Source of the DNA: Candidatus Saccharimonas sp.
GTDB lineage: Bacteria; Patescibacteriota; Saccharimonadia; Saccharimonadales; Saccharimonadaceae
Reading direction: 5' to 3'
DNA length: 32,000 nucleotides
Assembly (NCBI GenBank): GCA_015256915.3
Contig: CP076101.2
Location: forward strand, 30,001 to 62,000
Below are positions 1 to 9,237 of the stretch, one piece after another. Both the position numbers and the translations under genes were made by a program. Each line of letters starts with the position of its first letter. Position 1 is the first letter of the stretch. The notes under the pieces were generated by a model. It was not told the DNA's origin. It saw only the letters and a program-made list of their open reading frames with translations, and did no database searches.

Positions 1-117
1 AAATTAAAATTATCTAACATTTTCCACCCTTCCGAAAAAATAATCTTGATTATGCTTTAATTCTATGATACAATATAATTAATAAAAAGTAAAGTCAATT
101 AAATATAAAGGTGGGTT

Positions 118-579
118 ATGGAAATTGATATGAATCAAACAAGTAAAATGCCAGTTAGCGATGATCCAGAACTCGCTAAGATTCTTTCTGGTGTTAGCGG
201 TTCTTCAGATGATTCTGATGACAATCAAAGTACTGATGAACTCCAATATGAAGATTTAAACCAAGTTGAGGTTCCAGTTGCTGAAGAAGCTCAACCGATT
301 GTTGAACAAACTCAGCCAACTGTAATGCCAAGTTTTGGTGGTTTAGATTTAGATACGATTAAAGGCTATGCTCTTGAAGATTTACGACCATTAGTTAATA
401 AATTAACCGTTTCTAATGAAGAAAAATTTGATATTTATCTTTTACTTCTCCGTTCAAGTGATGATGATACCTTAATTGAACCGGCTTACAATGCTGCTCG
501 AATGATTGAAGATGAAGCAAAGCGTGCAAATGCACTTCTCAATGTGATTAAAGAAATTGATTACTTTAAATCAAAATAA
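118..579 (+). CDS. hypothetical acidic (D/E/S-rich) protein, 153 aa
   Basis: Complete ORF. AAGGTGGG Shine-Dalgarno-like element lies just upstream of ATG 118. Stem-loop plus T-run follows at 588-625. No motif recognised. Confidence 0.6.
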   Translation: MEIDMNQTSKMPVSDDPELAKILSGVSGSSDDSDDNQSTDELQYEDLNQVEVPVAEEAQPIVEQTQPTVMPSFGGLDLDTIKGYALEDLRPLVNKLTVSNEEKFDIYLLLLRSSDDDTLIEPAYNAARMIEDEAKRANALLNVIKEIDYFKSK

Positions 580-587
580 TTATAAAG

Positions 588-625
588 ACTGCGATAGATT
601 TTAAACTCTCGCAGTTTTTTATTTT
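588..625 (+). terminator. rho-independent terminator
   Basis: Stem ACTGCGA (588-594) pairs with TCGCAGT (609-615). It is followed by TTTTTTATTTT. Confidence 0.7.
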
Positions 626-670
626 ATAAAATTTTAAATTGCACTCAGTTTTTTTATAAAATTATCTGTA

Positions 671-712
671 AATTAATAAAAATAGGCCCTAAGTTCAGAG
701 CCTATTTTGCTT
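671..712. terminator. bidirectional stem-loop terminator between convergent genes
   Basis: 9-bp stem AAAATAGGC (679-687) pairs with GCCTATTTT (700-708). T-runs follow on both strands. Confidence 0.65.
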
Positions 713-720
713 TTTCAAAA

Positions 721-3132
721 TTAGATTTTTTTCGAATTTCTCTTCAATTTTTTAGCGAAGAATGCAATTATTGGTGTGAAAATTACAGTAACCAAACCAA
801 TTAAAACTAATATAGTATTGCTGTCTTGTTGGTTTTGCTTTTCGCGTAAATATCCAGTTTCTGGAGAATTTAAATGTTGCTTTGCAATTTCCTCATCACG
901 TTTTTTGATAGCTTCTGAAAGTTTGTCTACTTCAATTTGAGCTTCTTTTTGCTTGATAGAATTTTTAATTTCTTGCAATTTTTCGCTTAACTCTTGGCGT
1001 TTTTTCTCATCTTTAACTTTCGAAATTAAATTCTCAATATTTTCAATATCAACAGCTGGAAGCTCATTTTTCTTCGTTTTGTTATCTTCAATGATTTTTT
1101 CAATTTCTTTTAGCTTATCTTCAGATGATTTTTGGCGCTCACTTTCTGCTTTTTTAGCTTTTTCAATAGCCGATTTCAAATCTTCTTCTGCTTTTTTAAT
1201 TTCTTCAAAAGTTGGATTATCTTCTTTTTGAACTTCTTTAGCTTTATCTGCTTCAGTTTTAACTTCATCTTTCAGCCATTTTTGTGAATCTTCGAAATCT
1301 TTAATTTGTGAATTTAAGGCTGTTTTATCAGCTCGTAAACCGTTCAAAGCGCTTTCAAGTTCATTAATTGCTTCTAATATTTCACTCTCTGAAGCAAGAT
1401 CTTCGGTTGAATTTTTTATCGCCTCGGCAGTTTTAAGTTGGCTTGAAATATTTAAGTTTGACGCTGCATCTACAACTTCTTGCAACTGTGCTAAAGTTTC
1501 CTTAGAAAAATTATTAAGATTTTTTAAATTAGCAATTTTGTCTAAAGTTTGCTCCAACTTTTTGGTATTTTTATTATAGCGTTCAGCAATTTTCTCTAGC
1601 TCTTTAAGATTTGCTTGTTTTGCTACAGGGTCAAGAATTTTATCATTTTCATTCATGACATCTTTAAAATCGGTTATATATTCAATCATTTTCTTTAATT
1701 CGTTAATTGCATTTGAAATATCAGTTTTGCGCTCATTTTCTAGAGCTACGATTTCGGCAATTTTATTGTTTAAAGAATCTGCTGCGTTTTTAACGTCATC
1801 GTTGGTTATTCCTAAAGGCTGCGTTTCAGTACGCTTAACCTCAGTTAATAAATTAGCAGGGATTGCATTTTTAATATAATCTGGCTGTTTTTCGAAATTT
1901 TCAAGAGCTTTTTTAGCTGGCTCACGAGAAGCGAAAGCAGTTAAAAGCCTAAATTGAGCGGTCGTGGTATTTCCGTATTTATTTGTAGCCTTAACTGTAA
2001 CCAAATAGTCACCATTTATTTGATTTTCTTTATTGCTGAATACTTCTTCGGCATCAGTTGTGAAAGAAGTAATATCTGATGTTGGACTACTTGTTGTAAA
2101 GAAATTTCCACCAGCTTGCGGATTATAACTCTTCTTGAAAGATTCTATTATAGTATCATTAATTGTAGAATTATCCTGTCTTGGTTTTTCCCAAACTAAC
2201 GGAGTATCTTCTTTTAATGAAATCCTTTTGCCATTAAAGTTGAAATATATATCTGGTTTTTCTTCTGAATTTACGTCAATATCTTCAACTGAAGCAAAGC
2301 TTATACTATAATCCAAGTTAAACTTATTTCCATTTGGCAGAGTGTCATTTTTTTCTGGAATATTAAAACTGTGATTACCTTTTAAGATTGGTTTAATAAT
2401 TTTAACATATCCACCATCTTGTTTCGGATTTCCGTTTATATCAACATTAATGAAGTTTTCATTTTCTTCGATCGGCATAATTGTGCCATCAAAATTGATA
2501 AAAGGGTTCTTAAAAATTCTCTGACCTTTTTGGACTTTAATTGCTATATTTGATCGAATTCCCCAAACTCCAGCATATGGAAGCTCGCTAAGGAATGAAA
2601 AATCAGTAACATGAGTATCATGAATCCAAATTAATCTAACTTGTTTCCAATTTTTTGCAGCCGACATATCTGAAATGTTTAATGAACTTAAGTAAGCTGT
2701 TCTAACTTTAGTTAGTGTAGAAGCTGCAGAGATATCCTTTAAGCTACTTATTCCGGCAATATGAATTGTCTCAAGATTTGTAAAATATTGAATTCCTTCA
2801 AGATTTTCAAAATTGCGATAAGGAATATCTGGCCAAAATGTAGTCATTTTTTTAGCCTCACCAACTGTAATTGGGCTATCGAGATTTCGAGAAGTTTCAG
2901 TTTTCATTAAAACTGAATTTAATGCACGCTTAAAATTCGCATCTGTAAATTTAATTTCATAACTATCTGGAGCGTTGCTTGGATCAACGGGGTTCACCGC
3001 TGAAGTATAAGCTGATACTTTCGAAAAAATATTTTGTTTGTTGATAATTTGTGTTCCATAGTACCCTCCACCGAGTACTAGAACTGCTACCGTCATTGCG
3101 GGTAATAAGATTCTATTATTTTTTACTTTCAT
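721..3132 (-). CDS. cell-surface protein: N-terminal signal/anchor, internalin-like leucine-rich repeats, beta-rich middle, long coiled-coil stalk, C-terminal sortase-type sorting signal
   Basis: 803-aa ORF. N-terminal hydrophobic LLPAMTVAVLVLGGG. About 22-residue LRR periodicity (LEGIQYFTNLETIHIAGISSLKDISAASTLTKVRTAYLSSLNISDMSAA, nt ~2565-2850). K/E-rich heptad region (nt ~855-1935). C-terminus is SPETG (853-867), then a hydrophobic helix, then KKLKRNSKKI. Confidence 0.8.
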   Translation of the reverse strand: MKVKNNRILLPAMTVAVLVLGGGYYGTQIINKQNIFSKVSAYTSAVNPVDPSNAPDSYEIKFTDANFKRALNSVLMKTETSRNLDSPITVGEAKKMTTFWPDIPYRNFENLEGIQYFTNLETIHIAGISSLKDISAASTLTKVRTAYLSSLNISDMSAAKNWKQVRLIWIHDTHVTDFSFLSELPYAGVWGIRSNIAIKVQKGQRIFKNPFINFDGTIMPIEENENFINVDINGNPKQDGGYVKIIKPILKGNHSFNIPEKNDTLPNGNKFNLDYSISFASVEDIDVNSEEKPDIYFNFNGKRISLKEDTPLVWEKPRQDNSTINDTIIESFKKSYNPQAGGNFFTTSSPTSDITSFTTDAEEVFSNKENQINGDYLVTVKATNKYGNTTTAQFRLLTAFASREPAKKALENFEKQPDYIKNAIPANLLTEVKRTETQPLGITNDDVKNAADSLNNKIAEIVALENERKTDISNAINELKKMIEYITDFKDVMNENDKILDPVAKQANLKELEKIAERYNKNTKKLEQTLDKIANLKNLNNFSKETLAQLQEVVDAASNLNISSQLKTAEAIKNSTEDLASESEILEAINELESALNGLRADKTALNSQIKDFEDSQKWLKDEVKTEADKAKEVQKEDNPTFEEIKKAEEDLKSAIEKAKKAESERQKSSEDKLKEIEKIIEDNKTKKNELPAVDIENIENLISKVKDEKKRQELSEKLQEIKNSIKQKEAQIEVDKLSEAIKKRDEEIAKQHLNSPETGYLREKQNQQDSNTILVLIGLVTVIFTPIIAFFAKKLKRNSKKI

Positions 3133-3240
3133 TTAATCTTTCCTTGAATATATTTATGCTTATTCTATTTTATTAAATAATTGCAAAAAAATCAATATTA
3201 TGCTAAAATTAAAAATACTTTTCAAAAAGGGGTGAATATA

Positions 3241-3561
3241 ATGAAGAAGGTACCTTTAAGGTTTGGTAAAAACGATTTGTTTTTCTGGATTGCTGCCACT
3301 CTTTGCACTGAAAGAGTTACAGAGCCAGAGAAATCTTATCTACTTAGTGATAGCTCTAATTTTGAGGAATTGATTCTTGAAATTATTGTCAATGAGCCTA
3401 CTGGAGTTTTTCGTAGAAAGAGTTTCTTTTTTGAATTAAATGATTATAATCTTAAAGAAGCTCGAATTGCGTTTCGTAGTGGTGAAATTGCGAATTGGTA
3501 TATCCGTAAAATTACGGTTTCAGACGCTCAATTAAACTCACAAATTAACCAAACCCTTTAA
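3241..3561 (+). CDS. hypothetical protein, 106 aa
   Basis: The ORF track begins at 3181 with TTG (a non-ATG start). I prefer ATG 3241, which is preceded by AAAGGGGTGA. No motif recognised. Confidence 0.55.
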   Translation: MKKVPLRFGKNDLFFWIAATLCTERVTEPEKSYLLSDSSNFEELILEIIVNEPTGVFRRKSFFFELNDYNLKEARIAFRSGEIANWYIRKITVSDAQLNSQINQTL

Positions 3562-3590
3562 TAAAAATCAAAAGATTGATTTTTATTTTT

Positions 3591-3626
3591 AAAAACTAAA
3601 ATCGCCCAGATATGAGCGATTTTTTG
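3591..3626. terminator. bidirectional stem-loop terminator
   Basis: Stem AATCGC (3600-3605) pairs with GCGATT (3616-3621), followed by TTTTT. An A-run upstream gives a U-run for the minus-strand murE transcript. Confidence 0.6.
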
Positions 3627-4937
3627 CTATTTTTTGAAGATTTCTTTTGTGATTTTTTGCACAATCTCTGTGTCATTCCAAGGTGTTTTTTTGCCGTCAA
3701 TTACGCGGTAAACTTCATGCCCTAAACCTGTAATTAACACAATATCTCCCTTTCCTGCAATTTGTAAAGCTTTTCGAATTGCTTCTTCGCGATCTGGAAT
3801 TTCTTGAATATTTGCTGGCAATTTTTCACCTTTTTTCGAAATTCCCGCAATAATTTCTTCACGAATTTGCTTAGCGTCTTCGGTGTAATTTTCTTCATCG
3901 GTAATAATAATTCGGTTGGCTAAATCTTGAGCGATTTTTCCCATAATTGGGCGTTTTTCACGATCACGGTCACCGCAAGCACCAAAAACCAAAATCGTGC
4001 GCGATTTAGTGATTTTTTTTGAAGCTTTAAGAAGTTTTTCAAGCGCGTCTGGCGTATGGGCGTAATCTACAACCACGTCAAAAGGTAAATTCGAAACAGC
4101 ATATTCAAACCTTCCTGAAACTCCTTCAAGATTAGCGATTCCCTCTTGAATATCTTCTAGCGAGATTCCCAAAAGATAAGCGCCGGCCGCCGCCGCAGTC
4201 ATGTTGTAAACATTAAATTCGCCTGGTAGATTTGTGGCGATTTCAAGTGTAACATTATTATCAATTCGCAAATTAGCTTCGCTTCCCTTTTTGTAAAGTT
4301 TGAAATTTTCAATTTTGACTTCTGCAGAATCACTTTCGCCATAAGTTATTTTTTGCTCGCCAGCCTCAAATTTATTGAAAAATTCGAAATAAGCATCATC
4401 AGTATTTAAAACAATAAATCGTGGTTGCATTTCGAAAAGTTTTGCTTTAGCGTTAGCGTAGTTTTCCATTGTTTTATGGTAATCAAGATGATCTTGCGTA
4501 AGATTGGTCATAATTGCCATCTCAATAGGAACTCCAGCAAATTTGTATTGATCAAGCGCGTGCGAAGTTGCCTCAATTAACGCAAATTCAACACCAGCTT
4601 TTTTTGCATCAGAGAAAAATTTTTGTAATTTCGAAACTGTTGCGGTTGTAGAATTGGTGTCATTCACTGTTTGAATACCCGCAATCTCAATATTTGCGGT
4701 TGAAAACATCGCAGTTTTATACCCAGCTTCTTTTAAGATTTCATTAAGAAAATTAACAGTGGTGGTTTTACCGTTCGTACCTGTTACAGCAATCACTCGC
4801 AAGTCGCGCGCTGGGTTGCCATAACGCGTGGCGATAACTTTTGCACGAGATTTTCGATAAGTTTTTTCAAGCCCAGAAATTGCCGTTTTTGGCAGAATTT
4901 TGCGAGCTGTTTTTGCTAAATTGTTCTTAATGCTCAT
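3627..4937 (-). CDS. murE: Mur ligase, MurE-type (UDP-MurNAc-tripeptide synthetase) with a very short N-terminal region
   Basis: P-loop VTGTNGKTTT. DYAHTPDALEKLL and FGACGDRDREKRPIMG are typical MurE C-terminal signatures. Start moved to ATG 4937 (MSIKNN...) because a TATAAT box lies 6 nt upstream. The track's 39-aa extension is hydrophobic junk that overlaps the promoter. Confidence 0.85.
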   Translation of the reverse strand: MSIKNNLAKTARKILPKTAISGLEKTYRKSRAKVIATRYGNPARDLRVIAVTGTNGKTTTVNFLNEILKEAGYKTAMFSTANIEIAGIQTVNDTNSTTATVSKLQKFFSDAKKAGVEFALIEATSHALDQYKFAGVPIEMAIMTNLTQDHLDYHKTMENYANAKAKLFEMQPRFIVLNTDDAYFEFFNKFEAGEQKITYGESDSAEVKIENFKLYKKGSEANLRIDNNVTLEIATNLPGEFNVYNMTAAAAGAYLLGISLEDIQEGIANLEGVSGRFEYAVSNLPFDVVVDYAHTPDALEKLLKASKKITKSRTILVFGACGDRDREKRPIMGKIAQDLANRIIITDEENYTEDAKQIREEIIAGISKKGEKLPANIQEIPDREEAIRKALQIAGKGDIVLITGLGHEVYRVIDGKKTPWNDTEIVQKITKEIFKK

Positions 4938-4943
4938 AGTTAA

Positions 4944-4972
4944 ATTATAGCACATCTCGCCCAGCAGTCCAA
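4944..4972 (-). promoter_or_regulatory. sigma70-type promoter TTGGAC-N17-TGcTATAAT, 6 nt before the murE ATG (leaderless layout)
   Basis: On the minus strand, -35 TTGGAC is at 4967-4972 and -10 TATAAT is at 4944-4949, with a TG at the extended -10 position. Confidence 0.55.
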
Positions 4973-5442
4973 ATCTGCATTCTATCATTAGAGCCAGTAT
5001 CTGAATCGCAAAACTCAGAGATATAATATCGCCAAAAAGAACGATAAACAACATACAGCCTAAAGTCAGACTGTATTTCTGAAAATGAGGTGTTTTGGAA
5101 GATTTTTAATCTCAATAGTTTAGAAAAATGGTTGGTGGGGTAAAATTGGGGGTATGGTTAATGAAGAATCTTGGGTTCTTAATTTTGTAAGTTTGAAATT
5201 TTCTTTACTGTGTTTGCAGTATAGATTTCGAGGGCTTGGTTATTGTTAGTTTAATATTAGTTAAAGACTAGCAAAGATATAGAAATAAACAGTAAGTCGC
5301 CTGACTATTTGTAATGTGTTTAGCAATTTGTCGGGTAGAGTTGCCCATTCTTAAAACACCTGAAGCGAATGACGGTGCGAATAAGCATAATTTTTATACA
5401 TTCCCAGACTTGCTACGAAATTTATCCCTACATCTTAGTTGA

Positions 5443-8400
5443 TCAACCATTTCGTTTGCTATAAACCCTATAAAATGAGTCCTCCTCATGATAAGAACTT
5501 ATCTTGCCCTCGCTTTTTAGATACTCTAAAATCCCTTCATTTACTTCAGTTATTGTTAATTTAGGGTTTTTACTTTTACTAATATTGCTCATCAAATTAT
5601 TGTATATTTCTAAAAGCCGAACTTTTTGAAGTTGTTCATTTAATTCTAAGGCAGTAAAATTCGATAGCTGTTTACTTAATAAGATTTGACGACTCTCGAT
5701 ATCTATATCGTCTATAGAAATTATCTTTTTTAATAGCGAAGTGTCTACCGTAATTTCACCACTTAGAATATCATCAATATGGGTTTGCGAAATATTTTCA
5801 ATAATTTTCTGAACCTCCTTACTGAAGTCAGAATAATTAGACACAATATATTCTAAATCATCCTCATCGAAACGATTTTTTAAAATATGACCTTGTAGTT
5901 TAGCACTGTACGCTTTATTTTGGATGCTGATATTAGTTTTAAAGCAATCCACTATAGAAATCGCATCTTCGATAGTAATATTCTCATCTAATACCTGAAG
6001 AGCCTCTTCTTCATTATAAACATTTATATCTGTAAATTCCTGAATATAACTATCTATATACTCTAAAATATAAATATTTACTTGATTTGGGTATCTTTCT
6101 CGCAAACTTTTCAGTACATCAACACTAAATTCAGAAGATACAGATCTAGTTTTTATAAGAATATTAATCTTACTTTCATCAATATCTTTATCGGGGAGTG
6201 ATGTAAGCTCCCGCCCGATTACCGATAATATATTTCTATAATGTTCATCCTTCAACTTATTGCACATAGCCGTTTTCCTAAAGAACAGTCTTTGTTGCTC
6301 TTCTGAGTATTTATCAAAAATTGTTTTTTCAAAACGTATGTTCAACTTCGAATTAACAAAATCGAGAAGCAATTCGTTCCATTCCTCGTATTCATTGAAT
6401 GAATCCATTAAATTTTGAGTATTGCAGATAATTTTATTGAACTTAAACGCGGCGTCAATCATCGGCATTGTTTCAAGGAGTGTTACGTTAAGTATTTCAT
6501 CTGAAAGACATTTCATATAGTCAATTCGGGTCTCTTCAACTACCTCTTTATTGTTTAATATCTCATAGACATCAGGTAACTTATCATTAATCGAATTGCC
6601 AGAAAACCGAATAATTTGTTTAACATAATCTTCAATATTTTCTTGGATATACTCGCTCAGTTCTTTAAATAACTTAGTTATACTAATTGGTTGATTTTTA
6701 ACCTGTTCCTCAGTAATTGAAGAATCTAGATAACTTATAAGATTAGTAATATTTGCCATATTTATTGCATACAGATTGTGATCATACACATATTGGCTCA
6801 TTGATCCATGAGACCCATTGAAGTCAAAATCAGTAATTTTAACATTCAACTTTGACAAATTAGCTTGAATTTGCGAGTTATCTACCTTTAATGGGTCGCT
6901 AAAATTATCAAAACTTTCCTGAATTGATTTCCAATTCTCCTCAATAAAAATTACTAAAACATCTACTAGTTTAGAGTCAAGAGTATAGAGACTCAAGTTG
7001 GTCAGCGATAACAACAAGTTAGTAATATAGACTTTATCCCTATTCAAAATATTATCTGATAACAGTAAAATTCTCAGTGTTTTCTTATCAGACTTCAAAA
7101 GTTCTACAATTAAAGAAATTCGATAATCTATTTCAATTGTTTCATTTTGTAAGTATCTATTTAAAAATTCATAACGTTCCTCTACTATATACGAATTAAT
7201 ACGTTCTTGAATTTTACCTTCAGTCAAAGTATATTTCAATAAATCATAGTTCAGGATTGAAGCGTGATTAAAATCTGAATCATCCAATCGGTCGTAAACC
7301 TCAGAAATTTCAGTTAGCGAATAATCTTCTTCTAAAATATTATCTCCCTGAACTGCAATAAGAAATTCTTTATCTTCCTTTTTTAGTGTATTCGGATAAA
7401 AATAAGTAATATAATCCGAATATCCCTTATCTATATAACCGTTCTGAATCAAGAAAAAAATCATAGAAAGCTTTTCATCAGATTTTAGATATCCAAATTC
7501 TGCTTGAGAGCATATATCGTCAAAACTGGAACGCTCTAAGAGATGTGCAATTTTTTCTGAAGAAACCTCAGATAATTCTTTACGAAATGAAATGAGTTCG
7601 TCATTTAGTGAATTGATTTTTTCCCTGTCTTCTAGTTTTTTTAGTCGATTTTGAAACTCTTCATCGTTCGGAAAAATATTATCAAAGTTCTCTATTTGAT
7701 CATAGTTATAGCTGTAACCAGATGATGTGGACTTAATTTCAACGCCTTCCTTGAGTAATTCCCTAATAAACTCAATTCTATTTGGGAACTCACTCTCGAG
7801 CTTTCCATCAACCTTAATCGCCTCTCTACCTTCTGGCACTTTTAAAAATATAGAATAAAGCTCTAATTTATTTCTTGAAAATTCTTGTTCAGCCTCCATA
7901 ATTCTACTTTTAAGCGTTGATATTTCTTTATTTAATTTTTCTCTTTTGTGTTTTTTTAGACTAATCTCCTCTTGTAGGAGTTTGTACACTAAACCCGAAT
8001 TCATTTGTAAATATGAAAAGTCTTTTGGAAATATATTCTTATAGACAATCATTGCAAATAATTTTTCATCAACGAGCTGAAGTTTATCAGCCTTCTCCGT
8101 GTCTGATAATGCTGAACGATAAAAGGCAAATTCATTACAAATATTATAAGCAAGACGCATTTCATCCACGTAAATAGAGATTTTTTGAAGAAATTTTTTA
8201 TCTAAGGTGTTTTCGAGATGCATATCTTTCAAAATATCCGTAAAACGCTCTCCAGCATTAGATGAAGTAATTACAGGTATTATAGGAATAACAAAATCAA
8301 AAAACTTCGTACGTTCTCGAGAGATAAACATATCATCTTTGATTAAGTAAATAAATAATAGTTTTTCGCCATTTTTCTTTTTACCATTTACAAGCGTATT

Positions 8401-9237
8401 GATTTCTCGTAGCTTCTCAAAGATTAGATTGGTTTCAAACCTATCAATATCCTCAAAAATAATAACATTAGTTTTACAATTTTCAAACAAATATAATACA
8501 TCATCTAAATACTTGTCAAAATATGAGATATTCGAATTTTGGAAAACTTCTATTTGACCCGAAATTCCCGCACCTTTGAAAGATATATTTCGAAGTAGTT
8601 TTTGATGAAACTGAAGCTTAACTAATTGATATATGATTTTATATAAGATAAATACAGTCACAGCATAAGCCACTAATCGGCTAATTGCTCCAATTACAGT
8701 CACAGCATAAGCCACTAATCGGCTAATTGCTCCAATTCTAGGTAATGGAGGGATAGTAGTAACTAAAGTTGAAGCGATAATATTATAATTAACTAAGAAT
8801 AGTATCATGAAAAGAAGGCCAGCTAACAACGCAGTCCAATATCCAATATTGGTATTGCTTGGATTTTGTTTTGATTTAAAAATAGTCATTGGAATATCAT
8901 TTGGGTCAATTCTATGAAGTAATTGATTTATGACTTTTCCCTCTAGGATATTAACCTGTTCATTGGTAGTTATCGTATTAAACTTATCATCACTCTCGTT
9001 CTCACTTTCATCTTTATTCTCTCGAGTAAAATGAGAAAGCGAGAGATGAATAGGATTAAAAGTCTCATCCTTCGTCTTATATGTTTCAATAAAACTACTT
9101 TTCCCTGCGCCATAATTTCCCGATATAGCAACATTCGTTATATCTTTTTCAGATAAAACAAAACGCATCGCCTTTATCTGTGATTCATCAATTTCTATAT
9201 CATTTTTTGGCGTTAATTTATTAAAAATGTAGGTCAT
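5443..9237 (-). CDS. KAP-family / YobI-like / Tmn-like P-loop NTPase with transmembrane helices inserted in the NTPase domain, plus a ~900-aa uncharacterised helical C-terminal region
   Basis: 1264-aa ORF. Walker A GNYGAGKSS (nt 9097-9120). Walker B-like VIIFEDIDRF about 220 aa later. Hydrophobic helices lie between them (YWTALLAGLLFMILFLV, AISRLVAYAVTV x2, VFILYKIIYQLV). GGAGA lies 5 nt before the ATG. TGA stop. Confidence 0.85.
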   Translation of the reverse strand: MTYIFNKLTPKNDIEIDESQIKAMRFVLSEKDITNVAISGNYGAGKSSFIETYKTKDETFNPIHLSLSHFTRENKDESENESDDKFNTITTNEQVNILEGKVINQLLHRIDPNDIPMTIFKSKQNPSNTNIGYWTALLAGLLFMILFLVNYNIIASTLVTTIPPLPRIGAISRLVAYAVTVIGAISRLVAYAVTVFILYKIIYQLVKLQFHQKLLRNISFKGAGISGQIEVFQNSNISYFDKYLDDVLYLFENCKTNVIIFEDIDRFETNLIFEKLREINTLVNGKKKNGEKLLFIYLIKDDMFISRERTKFFDFVIPIIPVITSSNAGERFTDILKDMHLENTLDKKFLQKISIYVDEMRLAYNICNEFAFYRSALSDTEKADKLQLVDEKLFAMIVYKNIFPKDFSYLQMNSGLVYKLLQEEISLKKHKREKLNKEISTLKSRIMEAEQEFSRNKLELYSIFLKVPEGREAIKVDGKLESEFPNRIEFIRELLKEGVEIKSTSSGYSYNYDQIENFDNIFPNDEEFQNRLKKLEDREKINSLNDELISFRKELSEVSSEKIAHLLERSSFDDICSQAEFGYLKSDEKLSMIFFLIQNGYIDKGYSDYITYFYPNTLKKEDKEFLIAVQGDNILEEDYSLTEISEVYDRLDDSDFNHASILNYDLLKYTLTEGKIQERINSYIVEERYEFLNRYLQNETIEIDYRISLIVELLKSDKKTLRILLLSDNILNRDKVYITNLLLSLTNLSLYTLDSKLVDVLVIFIEENWKSIQESFDNFSDPLKVDNSQIQANLSKLNVKITDFDFNGSHGSMSQYVYDHNLYAINMANITNLISYLDSSITEEQVKNQPISITKLFKELSEYIQENIEDYVKQIIRFSGNSINDKLPDVYEILNNKEVVEETRIDYMKCLSDEILNVTLLETMPMIDAAFKFNKIICNTQNLMDSFNEYEEWNELLLDFVNSKLNIRFEKTIFDKYSEEQQRLFFRKTAMCNKLKDEHYRNILSVIGRELTSLPDKDIDESKINILIKTRSVSSEFSVDVLKSLRERYPNQVNIYILEYIDSYIQEFTDINVYNEEEALQVLDENITIEDAISIVDCFKTNISIQNKAYSAKLQGHILKNRFDEDDLEYIVSNYSDFSKEVQKIIENISQTHIDDILSGEITVDTSLLKKIISIDDIDIESRQILLSKQLSNFTALELNEQLQKVRLLEIYNNLMSNISKSKNPKLTITEVNEGILEYLKSEGKISSYHEEDSFYRVYSKRNG
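8654..8737. repeat. perfect 42-bp tandem duplication (2 copies) inside the NTPase gene
   Basis: 8654-8695 and 8696-8737 are identical (ACAGTCACAGCATAAGCCACTAATCGGCTAATTGCTCCAATT). This encodes IGAISRLVAYAVTV twice, in frame. Confidence 0.95.

Noticed and set aside
578-600. ATTATAAAGACT(A)GCGATA shared between 578-596 and 17086-17105, with a looser copy (TAAAGACTAGCAAAGATA) at 5263-5280, as a possible dispersed repeat
   Set aside because: The exact core is only 12 nt plus a short extension. Many such matches are expected by chance in 32 kb of AT-rich sequence. There is no extended flanking similarity.
953-1879. Plus-strand ORFs 953-1231 and 1655-1879 inside the LRR/coiled-coil gene
   Set aside because: These are antisense shadow frames of a repetitive K/E-rich coding region. 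They are Phe/Ser/Leu-rich, have no start context, and lie fully within a far longer, better-supported ORF.
4938-5054. 39-codon N-terminal extension of the murE ORF in the track (MLFIVLFGDIISLSF...)
   Set aside because: It is hydrophobic and nonsense-like, and it overlaps the TTGGAC-N17-TATAAT promoter. The MurE-like sequence begins at ATG 4937.
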